Notes: generated by a model from the sequence alone, not told the origin. A stretch of DNA of 64,000 bases from Syntrophales bacterium (GCA_963668175.1 OY764159.1:576001-640000); one strand, 5' to 3'. Positions 1 to 14,358 are shown, numbered from the stretch's first letter. Numbers and translations are program-made.

Positions 1-2
1 AT

Positions 3-593
3 GAAACGGGGGCCGTCCTGACAGGCGACAGGATCCTTGCCGTCTGTGCCGCCTCTCTTAAAAAAGAGGGCAGACTGACGAACAATCTCGTCATCAGGAC
101 CGTCATGAGCAATATCGGATTGACACTGGCCCTCCGTTCCCTCGGCATTGAGTCGATTATGACGGACGTCGGGGACCGGTATGTCTTTGAAGCCATGCAG
201 GAGAGAGGGGCCATCATCGGCGGCGAGGACTCGGGCCACATCATTTTCCTGAATCACCATACGGCGGGGGACGGGATCATCACGGCGTTGCAGATCCTGG
301 CCACTATGAAGAAGGAGAACAAACCGCTTTCCGAACTCGCCGGCATCATGAAAACATACCCCCAGCGTCTGCTTAATGTAGAGACGAAGTCACGGCCCGA
401 TTTGGCGACGGTGCCTTCGATTGTCGCCGTCATCAGGGACGTCGAGACCAAGCTCGGTGAGCAAGGGCGGGTCCTTGTCCGGTATTCGGGTACACAAAAT
501 TTATGCCGGGTTATGGTGGAAGGACCCACCGACGAAGAGACCCGCCACCATTGCCAGACTATTTCCGAGGTTATCAGGCGGGAACTGGCTTGA
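3..593 (+). CDS. glmM: Phosphoglucosamine mutase, C-terminal part (5' truncated by window edge)
   Basis: Frame is open from base 3. Motifs TVMSNIG, DVGDRYV, GGEDSGH and RYSGTQNLCRVMVEG. Confidence 0.9.
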   Translation, partial: ETGAVLTGDRILAVCAASLKKEGRLTNNLVIRTVMSNIGLTLALRSLGIESIMTDVGDRYVFEAMQERGAIIGGEDSGHIIFLNHHTAGDGIITALQILATMKKENKPLSELAGIMKTYPQRLLNVETKSRPDLATVPSIVAVIRDVETKLGEQGRVLVRYSGTQNLCRVMVEGPTDEETRHHCQTISEVIRRELA

Positions 594-743
594 TGGCGGA
601 AAGAACAGGACGAAACGCGGTAAGGGCCTCTGTTGAAAGCGGTAACAAGAGACGCCTGGGGATGCCTTATCGCTCATAGGAACAAGCTCTTCAATGAAAG
701 TCTGCCGGGAAAGGATACCGGCAACTTACCGGAAGTGAATGAT

Positions 744-1202
744 ATGGATGATTTAAAAGGGGCGATTCAATCCATGATTGCCGATATCCCGTTCTTCGAT
801 TGCTTTACGCAGGAGGAAGTCGGGATACTGCTCGATGCCGGGACCTGGGCCAAAGCACCGGCGGGCAACCGTATCATTACCGAAGGCGAGATCGATCTGC
901 GCATGTTTGTCCTGATCCAGGGGCGCGCTGAAGTCATTTTCAGCGAAAAGATATTGGCGGTGCTGAGCACCGGCGATATTTTCGGAGAATTCGGCCTGAT
1001 GGGCGCCCCCCGCATGGCCCACGTCGAGGCCCAGACGGAGTGTCTCCTTCTGTCGTTCGGTGCGGACCAGCTCAATGCCCTGCCTTTGGAACTTCAGGTG
1101 AAATTGTTACGGAGAATTCTGCTCGTGATTTTTGCCCGGCTTCAGAAGATCAACCAGCGCGACTGGCTTCGCAGACAGCCCCGGAAAGATCCGAGCGCGT
1201 AG
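744..1202 (+). CDS. Stand-alone cyclic nucleotide-binding domain protein
   Basis: cNMP beta-barrel pattern IITEGE...GDIFGEFGLM..PRMAHVEA. ATG 744 preferred over TTG 633. Confidence 0.75.
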   Translation: MDDLKGAIQSMIADIPFFDCFTQEEVGILLDAGTWAKAPAGNRIITEGEIDLRMFVLIQGRAEVIFSEKILAVLSTGDIFGEFGLMGAPRMAHVEAQTECLLLSFGADQLNALPLELQVKLLRRILLVIFARLQKINQRDWLRRQPRKDPSA

Positions 1203-1335
1203 TGTTTCAACCCTTCACGGTTTCCAATCCGCTTGTAAACCTTAAAGGCGGTTCTTCAAAACGATGTCGTCGGCATTCGTTTTGATACCCAAAGACGACC
1301 GCAGCATCGGCCGGTCCTTGCCAAGACAGGTATGG

Positions 1336-2747
1336 TTATTCGAGGCAATACTTGCTGATGTTGTCCGGCGGCTGGAGGGGATAATTTCCCGAATAACAGG
1401 CCAGACAGAAGCTGTCGGGCGACATGCCGGTAGCCTTCACCATCCCCTCGATGCTGAGATAGTGGAGGGAATCGAGACCGATAAAGTCGGCAATAGTCTT
1501 CACATCGCCCATCTGGGCGGCGATGAGCTCGCCTTTGGACGAGAAATCGATCCCGTAATGGCAGGGGCTTAAGGTCGGGGGGCAACTGACCGCCATGTGG
1601 ATTTCCTTGACGCCGTTTTCCCGGAGATTCCGCACCCGGTTACGGCTGGTTGTGCCGCGGATGATCGAATCTTCGACGATCAAGACCCGCTTGTTCGCAA
1701 TCAGCGGGCGGACCGGGTTGAGTTTCACCCGTACACCGAAGTCCCTGACCGTCTGTTTGGGCAGGATGAAGGTCCTGCCGACATAATGGTTGCGTATCAT
1801 CCCCATTTCGAAAGGTAAGCGGCTTTCTTCCGCATATCCGAGAGCGGCATAGGTTCCCGAGTCCGGGAAGGGCATGACCAGATCCACTTGCGGGGCGTAC
1901 TCCCTGGCCATCTGGTGACCCAGTCGCTTGCGGCAGAGGTAGACGTTTTCACCGAACACCTGGCTGTCGGGACGGGCGAAATAGATGAGCTCGAAGATGC
2001 AGTGAGCCGGTTTGACGACGGGAAAAGGCATCAGGCTCTTCAGGCCGTCTTCGCCGATAATCACAATCTCCCCGGGTTTCACATCCCGGACGTACTGGGC
2101 GCCGACCAGGTCGAAGGCGCATGTCTCCGATGCGATGACCCAGCCTCCGTTCAGGGAGCCGAGGGCCAGGGGCCTGAAGCCATGGGGGTCGCGAGCGGCG
2201 ATGATCTGGTTTCGTGTCAGCATGACGAGGCTGTAAGCGCCCTGGACGCGTGACAGGGCGTGAATCAAGGCCTCCTCGAAGCCGTTCTTGAGCTCCGGGG
2301 CCATAAGATGGACAATGACTTCCGTATCCATTGTCGACTGGAAGATGGAACCGCGGTCTTCAAGCTCGGCGCGGATGGCCTGGGCGTTGATCAGGTTGCC
2401 GTTGTGGCCGATGGCGTAATGCTCTCCCGCATGATGGAAGAGAAAGGGCTGGGCGTTCGAGAGGACGGAGGACCCGGTTGTAGAGTACCGCACATGGCCT
2501 ATGGCCAGATGCCCCGGGAGTTTCTCCAAACGTTCGTCGTTGAAGACTTCCGCCACAAGTCCCATGCCTTTATGGCCGATAATCTGGCAGCCGTCGGCGG
2601 CTTTGATGCCGGCGCTTTCCTGGCCGCGGTGCTGAAGGGCGAAAAGTCCGAAGAAAGTGATACGTGACGCCTGCTTATGGCCGTATACGGCGAAGATGCC
2701 GCATTCTTCCCTGGGGCCGTCGTGATGGGAAGGATCATTCATGTCGA

Positions 2748-2751
<4 letters not shown>
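1336..2751 (-). CDS. purF: Amidophosphoribosyltransferase (Fe-S type with propeptide)
   Basis: [32 protein letters not shown], Fe-S cysteines (CLAC). ATG 2751 overlaps the carB stop (ATGA). Confidence 0.97.
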
Positions 2752-5975
<3,224 letters not shown>

Positions 5976-5984
5976 TGGTTTTCG

Positions 5985-7514
5985 TTATTCCCACTCAATC
6001 GTACTTGGCGGTTTGGAGCTGATATCGTACACAACGCGGTTGACGCCGCGCACTTCATTAATAATGCGGTTGGAGATGCGGCCGATGAGATCATGGGGCA
6101 GCTTGGCCCAGTCTGCCGTCATCGCATCGTTGCTCGTGACGGCCCGGATCGCCAGAATGTACTCGTAGGTTCGCTGATCGCCCATGATCCCCACGCTTTT
6201 TAAGGGCAAGAGAACGGCAAAAGACTGCCACAGTTTCCTGTAGAGCTTGGCCGCCCTGATTTCTTCCTGAAGGATCACGTCGGCCTTCCGGAGGATCGTG
6301 AGACGCTTTTCCGTAACATCGCCGATGATACGGATGGCAAGCCCCGGACCCGGAAAAGGCTGTCTCCAGGTCATATCGTCCGGAAGCCCCAGTTCCTTTC
6401 CCAGTTTCCGGACCTCGTCCTTGAAAAGGTGTTTCAGGGGCTCTATCAGTTTAAGCTTCATCCGTTTGGGAAGGCCGCCCACGTTATGATGAGACTTGAT
6501 AACGGCGCTGGGGCCACCAAAGGCGGAGCGCGATTCGATGATGTCCGGATAGAGGGTCCCCTGGGCGAGAAAATCCACCCCTTTTATCTTGTGGGCCTCT
6601 TTATCGAAGACCTCAATGAAGGTATGGCCGATAATCTTCCTCTTTTTTTCGGGGTCTTCCACGCTTTTCAGGCGCGTAAGGAAAAGCTTCCCGGCCGGGA
6701 CGAATTTTAAGTTGGTTTTGAAGTGACTCTTAAAAACATTCTTGACCTTTTCGGCTTCGCCTTCCCTCAAGACGCCGTTGTCTACGAAAACGCAGGTCAA
6801 TTGCCTGCCGATGGCCCGATGGAGCAGAATGGCCGCAACGGACGAATCCACGCCCCCGCTGAGCCCTAAAATGACCTGCTTGTCGCCCACCTCCGACCTT
6901 ATCTCCCCGACGGCGTCCTTGATGAAGGATTTCATCGTCCACGTTTTTTTACAATGGCAGATGCGGAAGAGGAAGTTGCCCAGAATTTTTTTACCTTCCC
7001 GGGTGTGGACGACTTCCGGGTGAAACTGGAGCGCGTAAAAGGCTTTTTCGACATGCTCGGCCGCCGCCACTTTGGTGCTCGGCGTAGTGGCCGTGATGGC
7101 AAACCCTTTAGGCAGCTTACCTATACTGTCGCCATGGCTCATCCAGCAGATCGTATCCGTCGGTATGCCGGCAAAGAGGTCGCCCGGACGGATTATATGG
7201 AGTTCAGCGAATCCGTATTCCCTTTTCTGGGCTCCGATGACCTGTCCCCCGAGGGTGTCGACCATGTAATGGAGTCCATAACAGATGCCCAGAACCGGGA
7301 TATGGAGATTGAAGATACCCGGATCGACTTTCGGGCTTCCCTTTTCATAGATGCTGGCAGGACCACCGGACAGAATGATGCCTTCGGGGTTCATGGCCTT
7401 TATCTTATCCAGTCCGATGTCGGGCGGTTCGATCTGGCAATAGACCCGGTGCTCACGAACCCGCCGTGCGATCAACTGGTTATACTGGGAGCCAAAATCA
7501 ATAATCAGGATCAT
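5985..7514 (-). CDS. guaA: GMP synthase (glutamine-hydrolysing)
   Basis: DFGSQY, GICYG, QFHPEV, SGGVDS, KSHHNVGG, KPPSTIEWE C-terminus. Confidence 0.99.
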   Translation of the reverse strand: MILIIDFGSQYNQLIARRVREHRVYCQIEPPDIGLDKIKAMNPEGIILSGGPASIYEKGSPKVDPGIFNLHIPVLGICYGLHYMVDTLGGQVIGAQKREYGFAELHIIRPGDLFAGIPTDTICWMSHGDSIGKLPKGFAITATTPSTKVAAAEHVEKAFYALQFHPEVVHTREGKKILGNFLFRICHCKKTWTMKSFIKDAVGEIRSEVGDKQVILGLSGGVDSSVAAILLHRAIGRQLTCVFVDNGVLREGEAEKVKNVFKSHFKTNLKFVPAGKLFLTRLKSVEDPEKKRKIIGHTFIEVFDKEAHKIKGVDFLAQGTLYPDIIESRSAFGGPSAVIKSHHNVGGLPKRMKLKLIEPLKHLFKDEVRKLGKELGLPDDMTWRQPFPGPGLAIRIIGDVTEKRLTILRKADVILQEEIRAAKLYRKLWQSFAVLLPLKSVGIMGDQRTYEYILAIRAVTSNDAMTADWAKLPHDLIGRISNRIINEVRGVNRVVYDISSKPPSTIEWE

Positions 7515-7608
7515 GTCATACCCCCGAGGAGATAAATAGGATGCATCGAATCAAAGGTTTTGCGGTTTTCCGCCGACAAGACGTGGATTATCACAACGCC
7601 CGATCATG

Positions 7609-8745
7609 CTATGCGCCTCTGCGTTCCATCAGGTCCATAAACTCGTCGAACAGATAGCTCACATCGTGCGGTCCGGGGGAGGCTTCAGGATGGTATTGGA
7701 CGCTGAAGGCCCGGTCCGCTGCAATGGACATCCCTTCGGATGTATGGTCGTTAAGATTGTCATGGCTTTTCAGGATTGCTTCGGGCAGCGACTCCGGGAC
7801 AACGACGAATCCGTGGTTCTGCGAGGTTATTTCAATACGCCCGGAACGGACGTTCTTTACGGGCTGATTGATGCCGTGATGTCCGAATTTCAGCTTTTCC
7901 GTCCTGCCGCCCAGGGCCTGTCCGAGGATCTGGTGACCGAGACAGATGCCGAAAACGGGAATTTTGCCGAGAACTTCTTTGGCCGTCCTGACAATGTAAG
8001 GCAGGGCAGCGGGATCGCCCGGACCGTTCGAAAGGAGCACTCCGTCCGGTTCGTACGACAGGACTTCGCGTGATTCAGCCGTACAGGGCAGCACGACGAC
8101 GTCGCATCCCCTTTGCTCCAGGTTCCTCAGAATGTTGTACTTCACGCCGCAGTCGATAACAACCACCCTGAAGCGCCGATTGGGAGCGGGGGAAGCCGTT
8201 ATGTCCCGGGGAGCACCGTCCCTCCAGGCATAGGGCTTTTTGCAACTAACTTCCTGCACCAAATCCCGGCCCACGAGCCCCGGATATTGCTGTACCCGCT
8301 CCAGCAGGACTTCATAAGGATCGTCAGCCGTGGTCATAATACCGCGCATGGACCCGAACAACCGCAGGCGCCGGGTCAGGGCCCTCGTGTCCAGGCCCTC
8401 GATGCCCATCTTGTTCCGCTCCTCGAGGAAATCCTTCAGGCTCTGGCGGCTTCGCCAGTTGCTGGGATGCGACTGGTATTCGCGGACGACGAAGCCTTCC
8501 AGATGGATGGCGTCCGATTCCATATCTTCGGGATTGATGCCGTAATTGCCGATCAAAGGGTAGGTCATCGTGACGATCTGTCCCTTGTAGGAGGGATCGG
8601 TCAGGATCTCCTGATAGCCGCTCATGCCGGTATTGAAAACGACTTCGCCGAAGACTTCGCCGCTGCCGGCAAAGGCGTACCCTTTGAACACGCTCCCATC
8701 TTCCAGAATCAATCTGGCCGGTCTTTGATTTTTTTTCAGAGACAA
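7609..8745 (-). CDS. carA: Carbamoyl-phosphate synthase small subunit
   Basis: GEVVFNTGMSGYQE, SNGPGDP, GICLGHQ, QYHPEASPGPHD. TTG start. Confidence 0.98.
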   Translation of the reverse strand: MSLKKNQRPARLILEDGSVFKGYAFAGSGEVFGEVVFNTGMSGYQEILTDPSYKGQIVTMTYPLIGNYGINPEDMESDAIHLEGFVVREYQSHPSNWRSRQSLKDFLEERNKMGIEGLDTRALTRRLRLFGSMRGIMTTADDPYEVLLERVQQYPGLVGRDLVQEVSCKKPYAWRDGAPRDITASPAPNRRFRVVVIDCGVKYNILRNLEQRGCDVVVLPCTAESREVLSYEPDGVLLSNGPGDPAALPYIVRTAKEVLGKIPVFGICLGHQILGQALGGRTEKLKFGHHGINQPVKNVRSGRIEITSQNHGFVVVPESLPEAILKSHDNLNDHTSEGMSIAADRAFSVQYHPEASPGPHDVSYLFDEFMDLMERRGA

Positions 8746-8782
8746 GAGAAACTCCGTTTGACGATGCTTAAAGGCGAGGCGA

Positions 8783-8817
8783 TCATGCGCGTCGAAACCT
8801 GCATGATGCGCCCCGCC
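8783..8817 (-). terminator. Possible hairpin terminator or stability hairpin after glnA
   Basis: Imperfect stem built around ATCATGC/GCATGAT with GGCG/CGCC flanks; only a short TTT follows on the minus strand. Confidence 0.35.
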
Positions 8818-8855
8818 ACTTCTTAACTCATGATGCCCTGCTTGTCACTCTTTTT

Positions 8856-10187
8856 TTAAAGGATGGGCAGGTATCGCTCAATTTCAAATTGGCTGACATG
8901 GGTTCGGAAGAGATCCCATTCCAGTTTCTTATTCTCAAGGAACTTCTGGAAAATATGTTCGCCCAGGGTTTCCTTGACCAAGCTGCTCTTTTCGCAGAGG
9001 GTGATGGCCTGGTGGAGGCTCCCCGGCAGGGAGATAATCCCGGCCTTGTCGCGGGCTTTCTCGTCCATTTCAAAGATATCCTCTTCCACCGGTTCGGGAA
9101 GCTTGTAGTTCTTCTCCACACCCTTGAGGCCGGCCGCAAGCATGACGGCGAAGGCCAGGTAGGGGTTGCAGGCGGGGTCGGGCGATCGGTATTCGATGCG
9201 GGTGGCCTTTTCCTTGCCGGGTTTATACATGGGAACGCGGATCATGGCGGAACGGTTGCGACGCGCCCACGATACGTAAACGGGGGCTTCATAGCCGGGA
9301 ACCAGGCGTTTGTAGGAATTGACCCATTGATTGCAGACTGCCGTGAATTCCGGGGCATGCGTCATCAGGCCCGCGATATAGCTCTTGGCCATCTTGGAGA
9401 GATGGTACTTGTCCTTCGGGTCGAAGAAGGCATTGCTGCTGCCTTTGAACAGGGACTGGTGGGTGTGCATGCCGCTGCCGTTCTGGCCGAAGATGGGTTT
9501 GGGCATAAAGGTCGCATAGACGCCGTTTTGACGCGCTATCTCTTTTACCGCGGTACGATAGGTCATGACCTTGTCGGCCATGGACATGGCATCGTCGAAG
9601 CGCAGATCGATTTCGTGCTGGCTGGGCGCCACCTCATGGTGGGAGTACTCGACCCGTATACCCATTTCCTGCAGGGCAAAGATGGTCTGACGCCGCAAAT
9701 CCGTGGCGCGGTCCACCGGCAGACCGTCAAAATATCCGCCGCGATCAAGTATTTCCGGGCAGGCGTCGTTGGCGAAATAGAAGAATTCAAGCTCCGGGCC
9801 GACATAGAAGGTGTAACCCTTGTCTCCGACTTTTTTCAGGATTCTTTTCAGAACGTAGCGCGGATCGCCTTCATAGGGAGAACCATCCGGATTGAGAATG
9901 TCGCAGATCATCCTGGCGACCGGGCGGTCCATCGGACGCCAGGGAATAAGCTGGAATGTCGTCGGATCAGGCATGGCGATCATGTCGCTCTCTTCGATGC
10001 GGCAGAATCCCTGGATGGACGATCCGTCGAACCCCATACCTTCCTCGATGCCTTCTTCGAGTTCGGAGGGGGTGATGCTGAAGATTTTCTGCATGCCCAG
10101 AACGTCAGTAAACCAAAACTGAATGAAGCTGACTTTCTGTTCCTTGACGACTTTCAGGACATCTTTTCTCGTTTTTAATGAGTACAT
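8856..10187 (-). CDS. glnA: Glutamine synthetase type I (short, GSI-alpha-like)
   Basis: FDGSSI, GPELEFF, HHEVAPSQHEI, FMPKP, NGSGMH, EYRSPDP. ATG 10187 follows AAGGAG. Confidence 0.97.
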   Translation of the reverse strand: MYSLKTRKDVLKVVKEQKVSFIQFWFTDVLGMQKIFSITPSELEEGIEEGMGFDGSSIQGFCRIEESDMIAMPDPTTFQLIPWRPMDRPVARMICDILNPDGSPYEGDPRYVLKRILKKVGDKGYTFYVGPELEFFYFANDACPEILDRGGYFDGLPVDRATDLRRQTIFALQEMGIRVEYSHHEVAPSQHEIDLRFDDAMSMADKVMTYRTAVKEIARQNGVYATFMPKPIFGQNGSGMHTHQSLFKGSSNAFFDPKDKYHLSKMAKSYIAGLMTHAPEFTAVCNQWVNSYKRLVPGYEAPVYVSWARRNRSAMIRVPMYKPGKEKATRIEYRSPDPACNPYLAFAVMLAAGLKGVEKNYKLPEPVEEDIFEMDEKARDKAGIISLPGSLHQAITLCEKSSLVKETLGEHIFQKFLENKKLEWDLFRTHVSQFEIERYLPIL

Positions 10188-10246
10188 CGTCAACTCCTTT
10201 CTTCTCGCGTTAAGGTTTTCAATGAAGAAATGTTTCCTTGGCAATC

Positions 10247-10282
10247 AAAAAGGTTGGGCGCGGACCCCGACATAGGGTCCGC
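10247..10282 (-). terminator. Probable intrinsic terminator after the glutamate synthase genes
   Basis: 8-bp stem GCGGACCC/GGGTCCGC (10260-10282); the T-run is offset by about 8 nt on the minus strand. Confidence 0.5.
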
Positions 10283-10355
10283 TCTTGATGAGCATGTTGG
10301 TTAAACGCGTGTCGATGTCCCGTCCGGAGCTAGGCCCCTGTCGAAACCTATAGCT

Positions 10356-12686
10356 TCATTCCATAGGCTCGTTTTCGTAGAGTTGCCAGATACCGCAGGG
10401 ACATCCTCCTGCGCAGAAACCGCATCCGATGCAGCGGTCCTTATCGACAACGTATTCATAGCCCTCGCCTTCGAGTTGCCGTCGTGAAATGGCTCCCTGC
10501 GGGCAAAGGGTTTCGCAAAGTCCGCAGTCGCGGCAGGCACCGCAGGATGCACATTCTGTAGCACATGCGGCCGGATTGTCAAAGGTTAAAATCCTGGGAT
10601 CGTAATATTCAAGATGAACCCTGGCGGGATCGATAGCCGGAAGCTGATCGTAGGTTTCATAACGGCCCAGGATGAGATCGTGGATGGCGTTTGCCGCGAT
10701 CCTACCTGCGCCGATGGCCTCTGTCAGCAGCCCCAGCCGTACCGTATCGCCGATGGCGAATACCTGGGAATCGCTGCTTCGGTATAATTCATCGACGGTA
10801 ATGAACCCGCGGTCGACTGCTATTTCCTCGGGAAGGAAACCCAGATCGGGGTGGTCACCGATGGCCACGATGACGGTGTCCGCCTGCAGGAATGAGCCGT
10901 CGGTTAATTCGACGCCCTTTTGGGTTATAGCTTTGGTGAAGCGAGGCCATAGAAATTTGGCGCCTGCGGCTTCGGCGTGTTGTCTTTCGACGCCGTAGGA
11001 AGCGGGTTCCTGGATATCGATCAGGGTGATGTTCTCAGCACCAAGCCTGGCGGACTCTGCTGCGGCATCGCAGCCGACGTTTCCGGCGCCGATTATGACC
11101 ACCTGTTTTCCAACTTTGGCTGCATTCGCCTTGCTCTGACGCAGAAAATCAAGCGCCGCGACGGCCCTTTCGTGCCCCGGCATGGTCAGCATGCGCGGCT
11201 TCTGGGCTCCGGAGGCAATGACGACAAAATCGTAAGTATCTTTGAGATGTTGAAAATCCTTTTTCGTCATGGCTTTTTTCAGCATGACGTGACCTATGTT
11301 ATCGCTGACCCTCTTAAGTTCGTGATCCAGGACCTCATCGGGAATACGGCTGCGCGGGATGGTTTCCTTGATTTTCCCGCCCAGGTGCTCCCGTTGTTCG
11401 TAGATGACCGGTTCATGACCGCGCATCCACAACTGCCAGGCTACGGAGAGGCCGGCTGCGCCGCCGCCGATGATGGCGATCTTCTTGCCCGTCGGAGCGG
11501 CCGGTTTCGGAACCTTGGCCTGCAAGCTGGCCTTGCCCAGGAGGGCAACATCGAGGGACGGCAGGTTAACCGTTTGACGCGTACAGTTCTGCATGCAGAG
11601 GTTGGGGCAGAGATAGCCGCAAACCGTTGTCGGAAAAGGCGTATACTGGAGCGCAAGGTCCACCGCTTCCGCGGTCATACCCTTGCGGAGCAATTCCCAG
11701 CGCTTCTGAACGGGAATGCCGGTTGGACAATGGGCCTGACAGGGGGGTAGAAATTTATCGTTTTCCCAGGCCGGTACATAGCGACGCAGATCGCCTGTGG
11801 CGATGACATCGATCACGCTTTGATCGAGATCGGTCAGATCGCCGATGAGCCCTCCCCGTCCCAGATCCTTGTTCCATACGTCCTGGATGAATTTTTTAAC
11901 GGTCCGGGCCTTGCCGCCTCCCTTTTCGTGAGGCTTGCGGGCGACAAAAAGCTGCCAGGCAGCTCGGTTGCCGGTTAATTCGTCATAGAGTTCGGGCCGT
12001 TTCAGGTCTTCCAGGAACTCTTTCAGACCTTTCTGCAGCCACCGCCATTCTTCATCGTCCGGAGTTGTCAGGCGCGCGTCGGCCTCGCTGTATCCCTGCT
12101 GGGGTCCCCGGAAAAAGATCTTTCCCCCGACCATACCGACACAGGGGCGGTAGCTGAGGACATTTTCCCGCACCGTATCGTAGCCGCAGATGACCGCGAT
12201 GCCGCCGGCCATGAACTCGGCGAACGAATCGCCGACGCTTCCCAGTACCCAGAGCTCGGGAGGGGTATACCGGGGATTGTGCTTGGTCATCGTCATGCCC
12301 CGGGCGCCGATGTCTCCGCCGATATAGATTTTCCCCTGGGCCATGGCATTGCCGGCACCGTTCGTGGCCTGGCCGTGCACGACGATATGTGCCCCTGCAT
12401 TAAGCCAGCCGACGTCGTCGGAAACCGGTCCAAGTACATCGATGCGTGTGTTGGGGAAACCCATGGAACCCAATCTTTGTCCGGAACTTCCGGTGACCCG
12501 GATCGTGATGGATTCCGTCCCCGCCTTCCAGAGGCGCCCCCCGATGCCGTGCTGTCCGTGGGCGGCGATTTCTATATCGCGGTGGCCGTTCGCAACGGCC
12601 TGCTGAATTCTCTCTTCCAGAATACGCGAATCGACCCGTAATCCGTTTTCGAGTCCTTCAATAACGATGGTCGGTTTATCAGACAT
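10356..12686 (-). CDS. Glutamate synthase subunit: GXGXG (GltB C-terminal) domain fused to GltD-like Fe-S/FAD/NAD(P)H oxidoreductase and C-terminal ferredoxin
   Basis: GXGXG repeats (GSVGDSFAEFMAGG), PCQAHCP, GGGAAG, GAGNVG, two CxxCxxCxxxCP motifs at the end. Confidence 0.88.
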   Translation of the reverse strand: MSDKPTIVIEGLENGLRVDSRILEERIQQAVANGHRDIEIAAHGQHGIGGRLWKAGTESITIRVTGSSGQRLGSMGFPNTRIDVLGPVSDDVGWLNAGAHIVVHGQATNGAGNAMAQGKIYIGGDIGARGMTMTKHNPRYTPPELWVLGSVGDSFAEFMAGGIAVICGYDTVRENVLSYRPCVGMVGGKIFFRGPQQGYSEADARLTTPDDEEWRWLQKGLKEFLEDLKRPELYDELTGNRAAWQLFVARKPHEKGGGKARTVKKFIQDVWNKDLGRGGLIGDLTDLDQSVIDVIATGDLRRYVPAWENDKFLPPCQAHCPTGIPVQKRWELLRKGMTAEAVDLALQYTPFPTTVCGYLCPNLCMQNCTRQTVNLPSLDVALLGKASLQAKVPKPAAPTGKKIAIIGGGAAGLSVAWQLWMRGHEPVIYEQREHLGGKIKETIPRSRIPDEVLDHELKRVSDNIGHVMLKKAMTKKDFQHLKDTYDFVVIASGAQKPRMLTMPGHERAVAALDFLRQSKANAAKVGKQVVIIGAGNVGCDAAAESARLGAENITLIDIQEPASYGVERQHAEAAGAKFLWPRFTKAITQKGVELTDGSFLQADTVIVAIGDHPDLGFLPEEIAVDRGFITVDELYRSSDSQVFAIGDTVRLGLLTEAIGAGRIAANAIHDLILGRYETYDQLPAIDPARVHLEYYDPRILTFDNPAACATECASCGACRDCGLCETLCPQGAISRRQLEGEGYEYVVDKDRCIGCGFCAGGCPCGIWQLYENEPME

Positions 12687-12732
12687 GACTACTCCTTGAC
12701 GTCGACAAGCGGAAAGTTACCTCCCGCAACGC

Positions 12733-14358
12733 TTACAATACATAACGAATACTCAGCCGTTCAGCGGCGTGATGATCGGCGATCCCCAGGGCGTCGGACA
12801 TACCGATGGGCAACGAAGTCGACCGGCCCAACGGTGCGACGATCTTCTTCAATTCCGTATCGAAACTTTTATAAACATCAACGACCCGCTGGGCGACCTG
12901 TTCCGGATCGAGGCGTCGGTACAGCCGTGGATCCTGCGACGTGATGCCCTTGGGGCAAAGGCCGATATTGCAGACATTGCACCGGTCCGTTTCCGAACCG
13001 AGACATCCGGCGGCGGCCTGCATGAGGTATTTTCCGATTTGCACGCCGCTGGCGCCGAGCATAATCAAGGCCGCAGCGTTGGCGGCAAGGTTTCCGTTCT
13101 TGCCGATACCGCCGCCGGCAAAGAGGGGAATCTCGTTCTGCTTTCCTATTTTGACCAGATTGAGATACGCATCCCTGATGATGCTCGCAATCGGATGGCC
13201 CATATGGTTCATGGAAACATTGTAGGCCGCCCCTGTTCCGCCGTCTTCTCCGTCAATGGCCAAACCGGCGGCATAGGCGTTCCGGGTGAGATTGTTGAGA
13301 ACGGCCAGGGAGGTACTCGTGGCCGATATCTTCGGATAGACCGGTACGCGGAAACCCCAGGCCATGGACATGGACTGGATCATTTTGGCGACGGCCTCTT
13401 CGATCGAATATTTGGTCTGATGCGTCGGCGGACTGGGAAGACTGACCCCCTGCGGGACGCCGCGGATGGCCGCGATCAGCTTGTTGACCTTGTGCCACAT
13501 CAACAAACCGCCGTCGCCGGGTTTGGCTCCCTGGCCGTACTTGATTTCGATGGCGCAGGGATCTTCCTTCATTTCGGGAAGGGCATGGATAATCTCGTCC
13601 CAGCCGAAATATCCGCTCGCAATCTGCAGAATAGTATACTTTAAAAAGCGGGACCGCAGCAGACGGGGAGGGCATCCCCCTTCGCCCGTACACATACAGA
13701 CCGGCATTTTCATCTCTTCATTCAAATAGGCCACCCCCATCTGCAGCCCTTCCCACATATTGGGGGACAGGGCGCCGAAGGACATGCTGCCGATGATCAG
13801 GGGATAGACTTCCCGCACAGGTGGTATCCAGCCGTTTTCGCTGCGGATCTTCAGCAACTCTTCCGGGGGTAAAATACGGCCCAGGAGCGTCCGCAGCTCG
13901 AAATCGTGACGTCCGGCATCCAGGGCCGGGTCGGTCAGCATGGAGATACGGGTGAATTTGATGGCATCGAGGATGCTGCCGGGATCGTTGCGGCGCCCGC
14001 CGCGGCGACGGGGTTCCCCGCCCTGATTGATATGAAACCGCAGTTTGTCGATTTCGTCGTTGTGGAAGGGGCCGATGGCCCCGTTGGGGCAGACCATCTC
14101 GCACATGCCGCAACCGATGCAGGCATAAGCCGGTTCCGTGCGCTGCCGGATGCCGTGGTATACGCCATAGACGTTGGCCGGCTTATTCTGCAGACCCACG
14201 GCTACATCGATGGTCCGTTTCCGGTGCACGCCCAACTCAATGGCCCGTACGGGGCAAACCGCCGTACAGCGGCCGCAGAGCGTGCATTTTTCTTTGCTCC
14301 AGCAGATCCGCCAAGGCAGATCCTTGGTCCCTAGTGTAGATGGGGCAATTTTTCCCAT
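12733..14358 (-). CDS. Glutamate synthase FMN-binding subunit with N-terminal 2x[4Fe-4S] ferredoxin
   Basis: CTLCGRCTAVCP, CIGCGMCEMVCP, MSFGALS, TGEGG, EIKYGQGAKPGDGG, C-terminal Cys cluster CNVCNIGLCPKGI. Confidence 0.9.
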   Translation of the reverse strand: MGKIAPSTLGTKDLPWRICWSKEKCTLCGRCTAVCPVRAIELGVHRKRTIDVAVGLQNKPANVYGVYHGIRQRTEPAYACIGCGMCEMVCPNGAIGPFHNDEIDKLRFHINQGGEPRRRGGRRNDPGSILDAIKFTRISMLTDPALDAGRHDFELRTLLGRILPPEELLKIRSENGWIPPVREVYPLIIGSMSFGALSPNMWEGLQMGVAYLNEEMKMPVCMCTGEGGCPPRLLRSRFLKYTILQIASGYFGWDEIIHALPEMKEDPCAIEIKYGQGAKPGDGGLLMWHKVNKLIAAIRGVPQGVSLPSPPTHQTKYSIEEAVAKMIQSMSMAWGFRVPVYPKISATSTSLAVLNNLTRNAYAAGLAIDGEDGGTGAAYNVSMNHMGHPIASIIRDAYLNLVKIGKQNEIPLFAGGGIGKNGNLAANAAALIMLGASGVQIGKYLMQAAAGCLGSETDRCNVCNIGLCPKGITSQDPRLYRRLDPEQVAQRVVDVYKSFDTELKKIVAPLGRSTSLPIGMSDALGIADHHAAERLSIRYVL

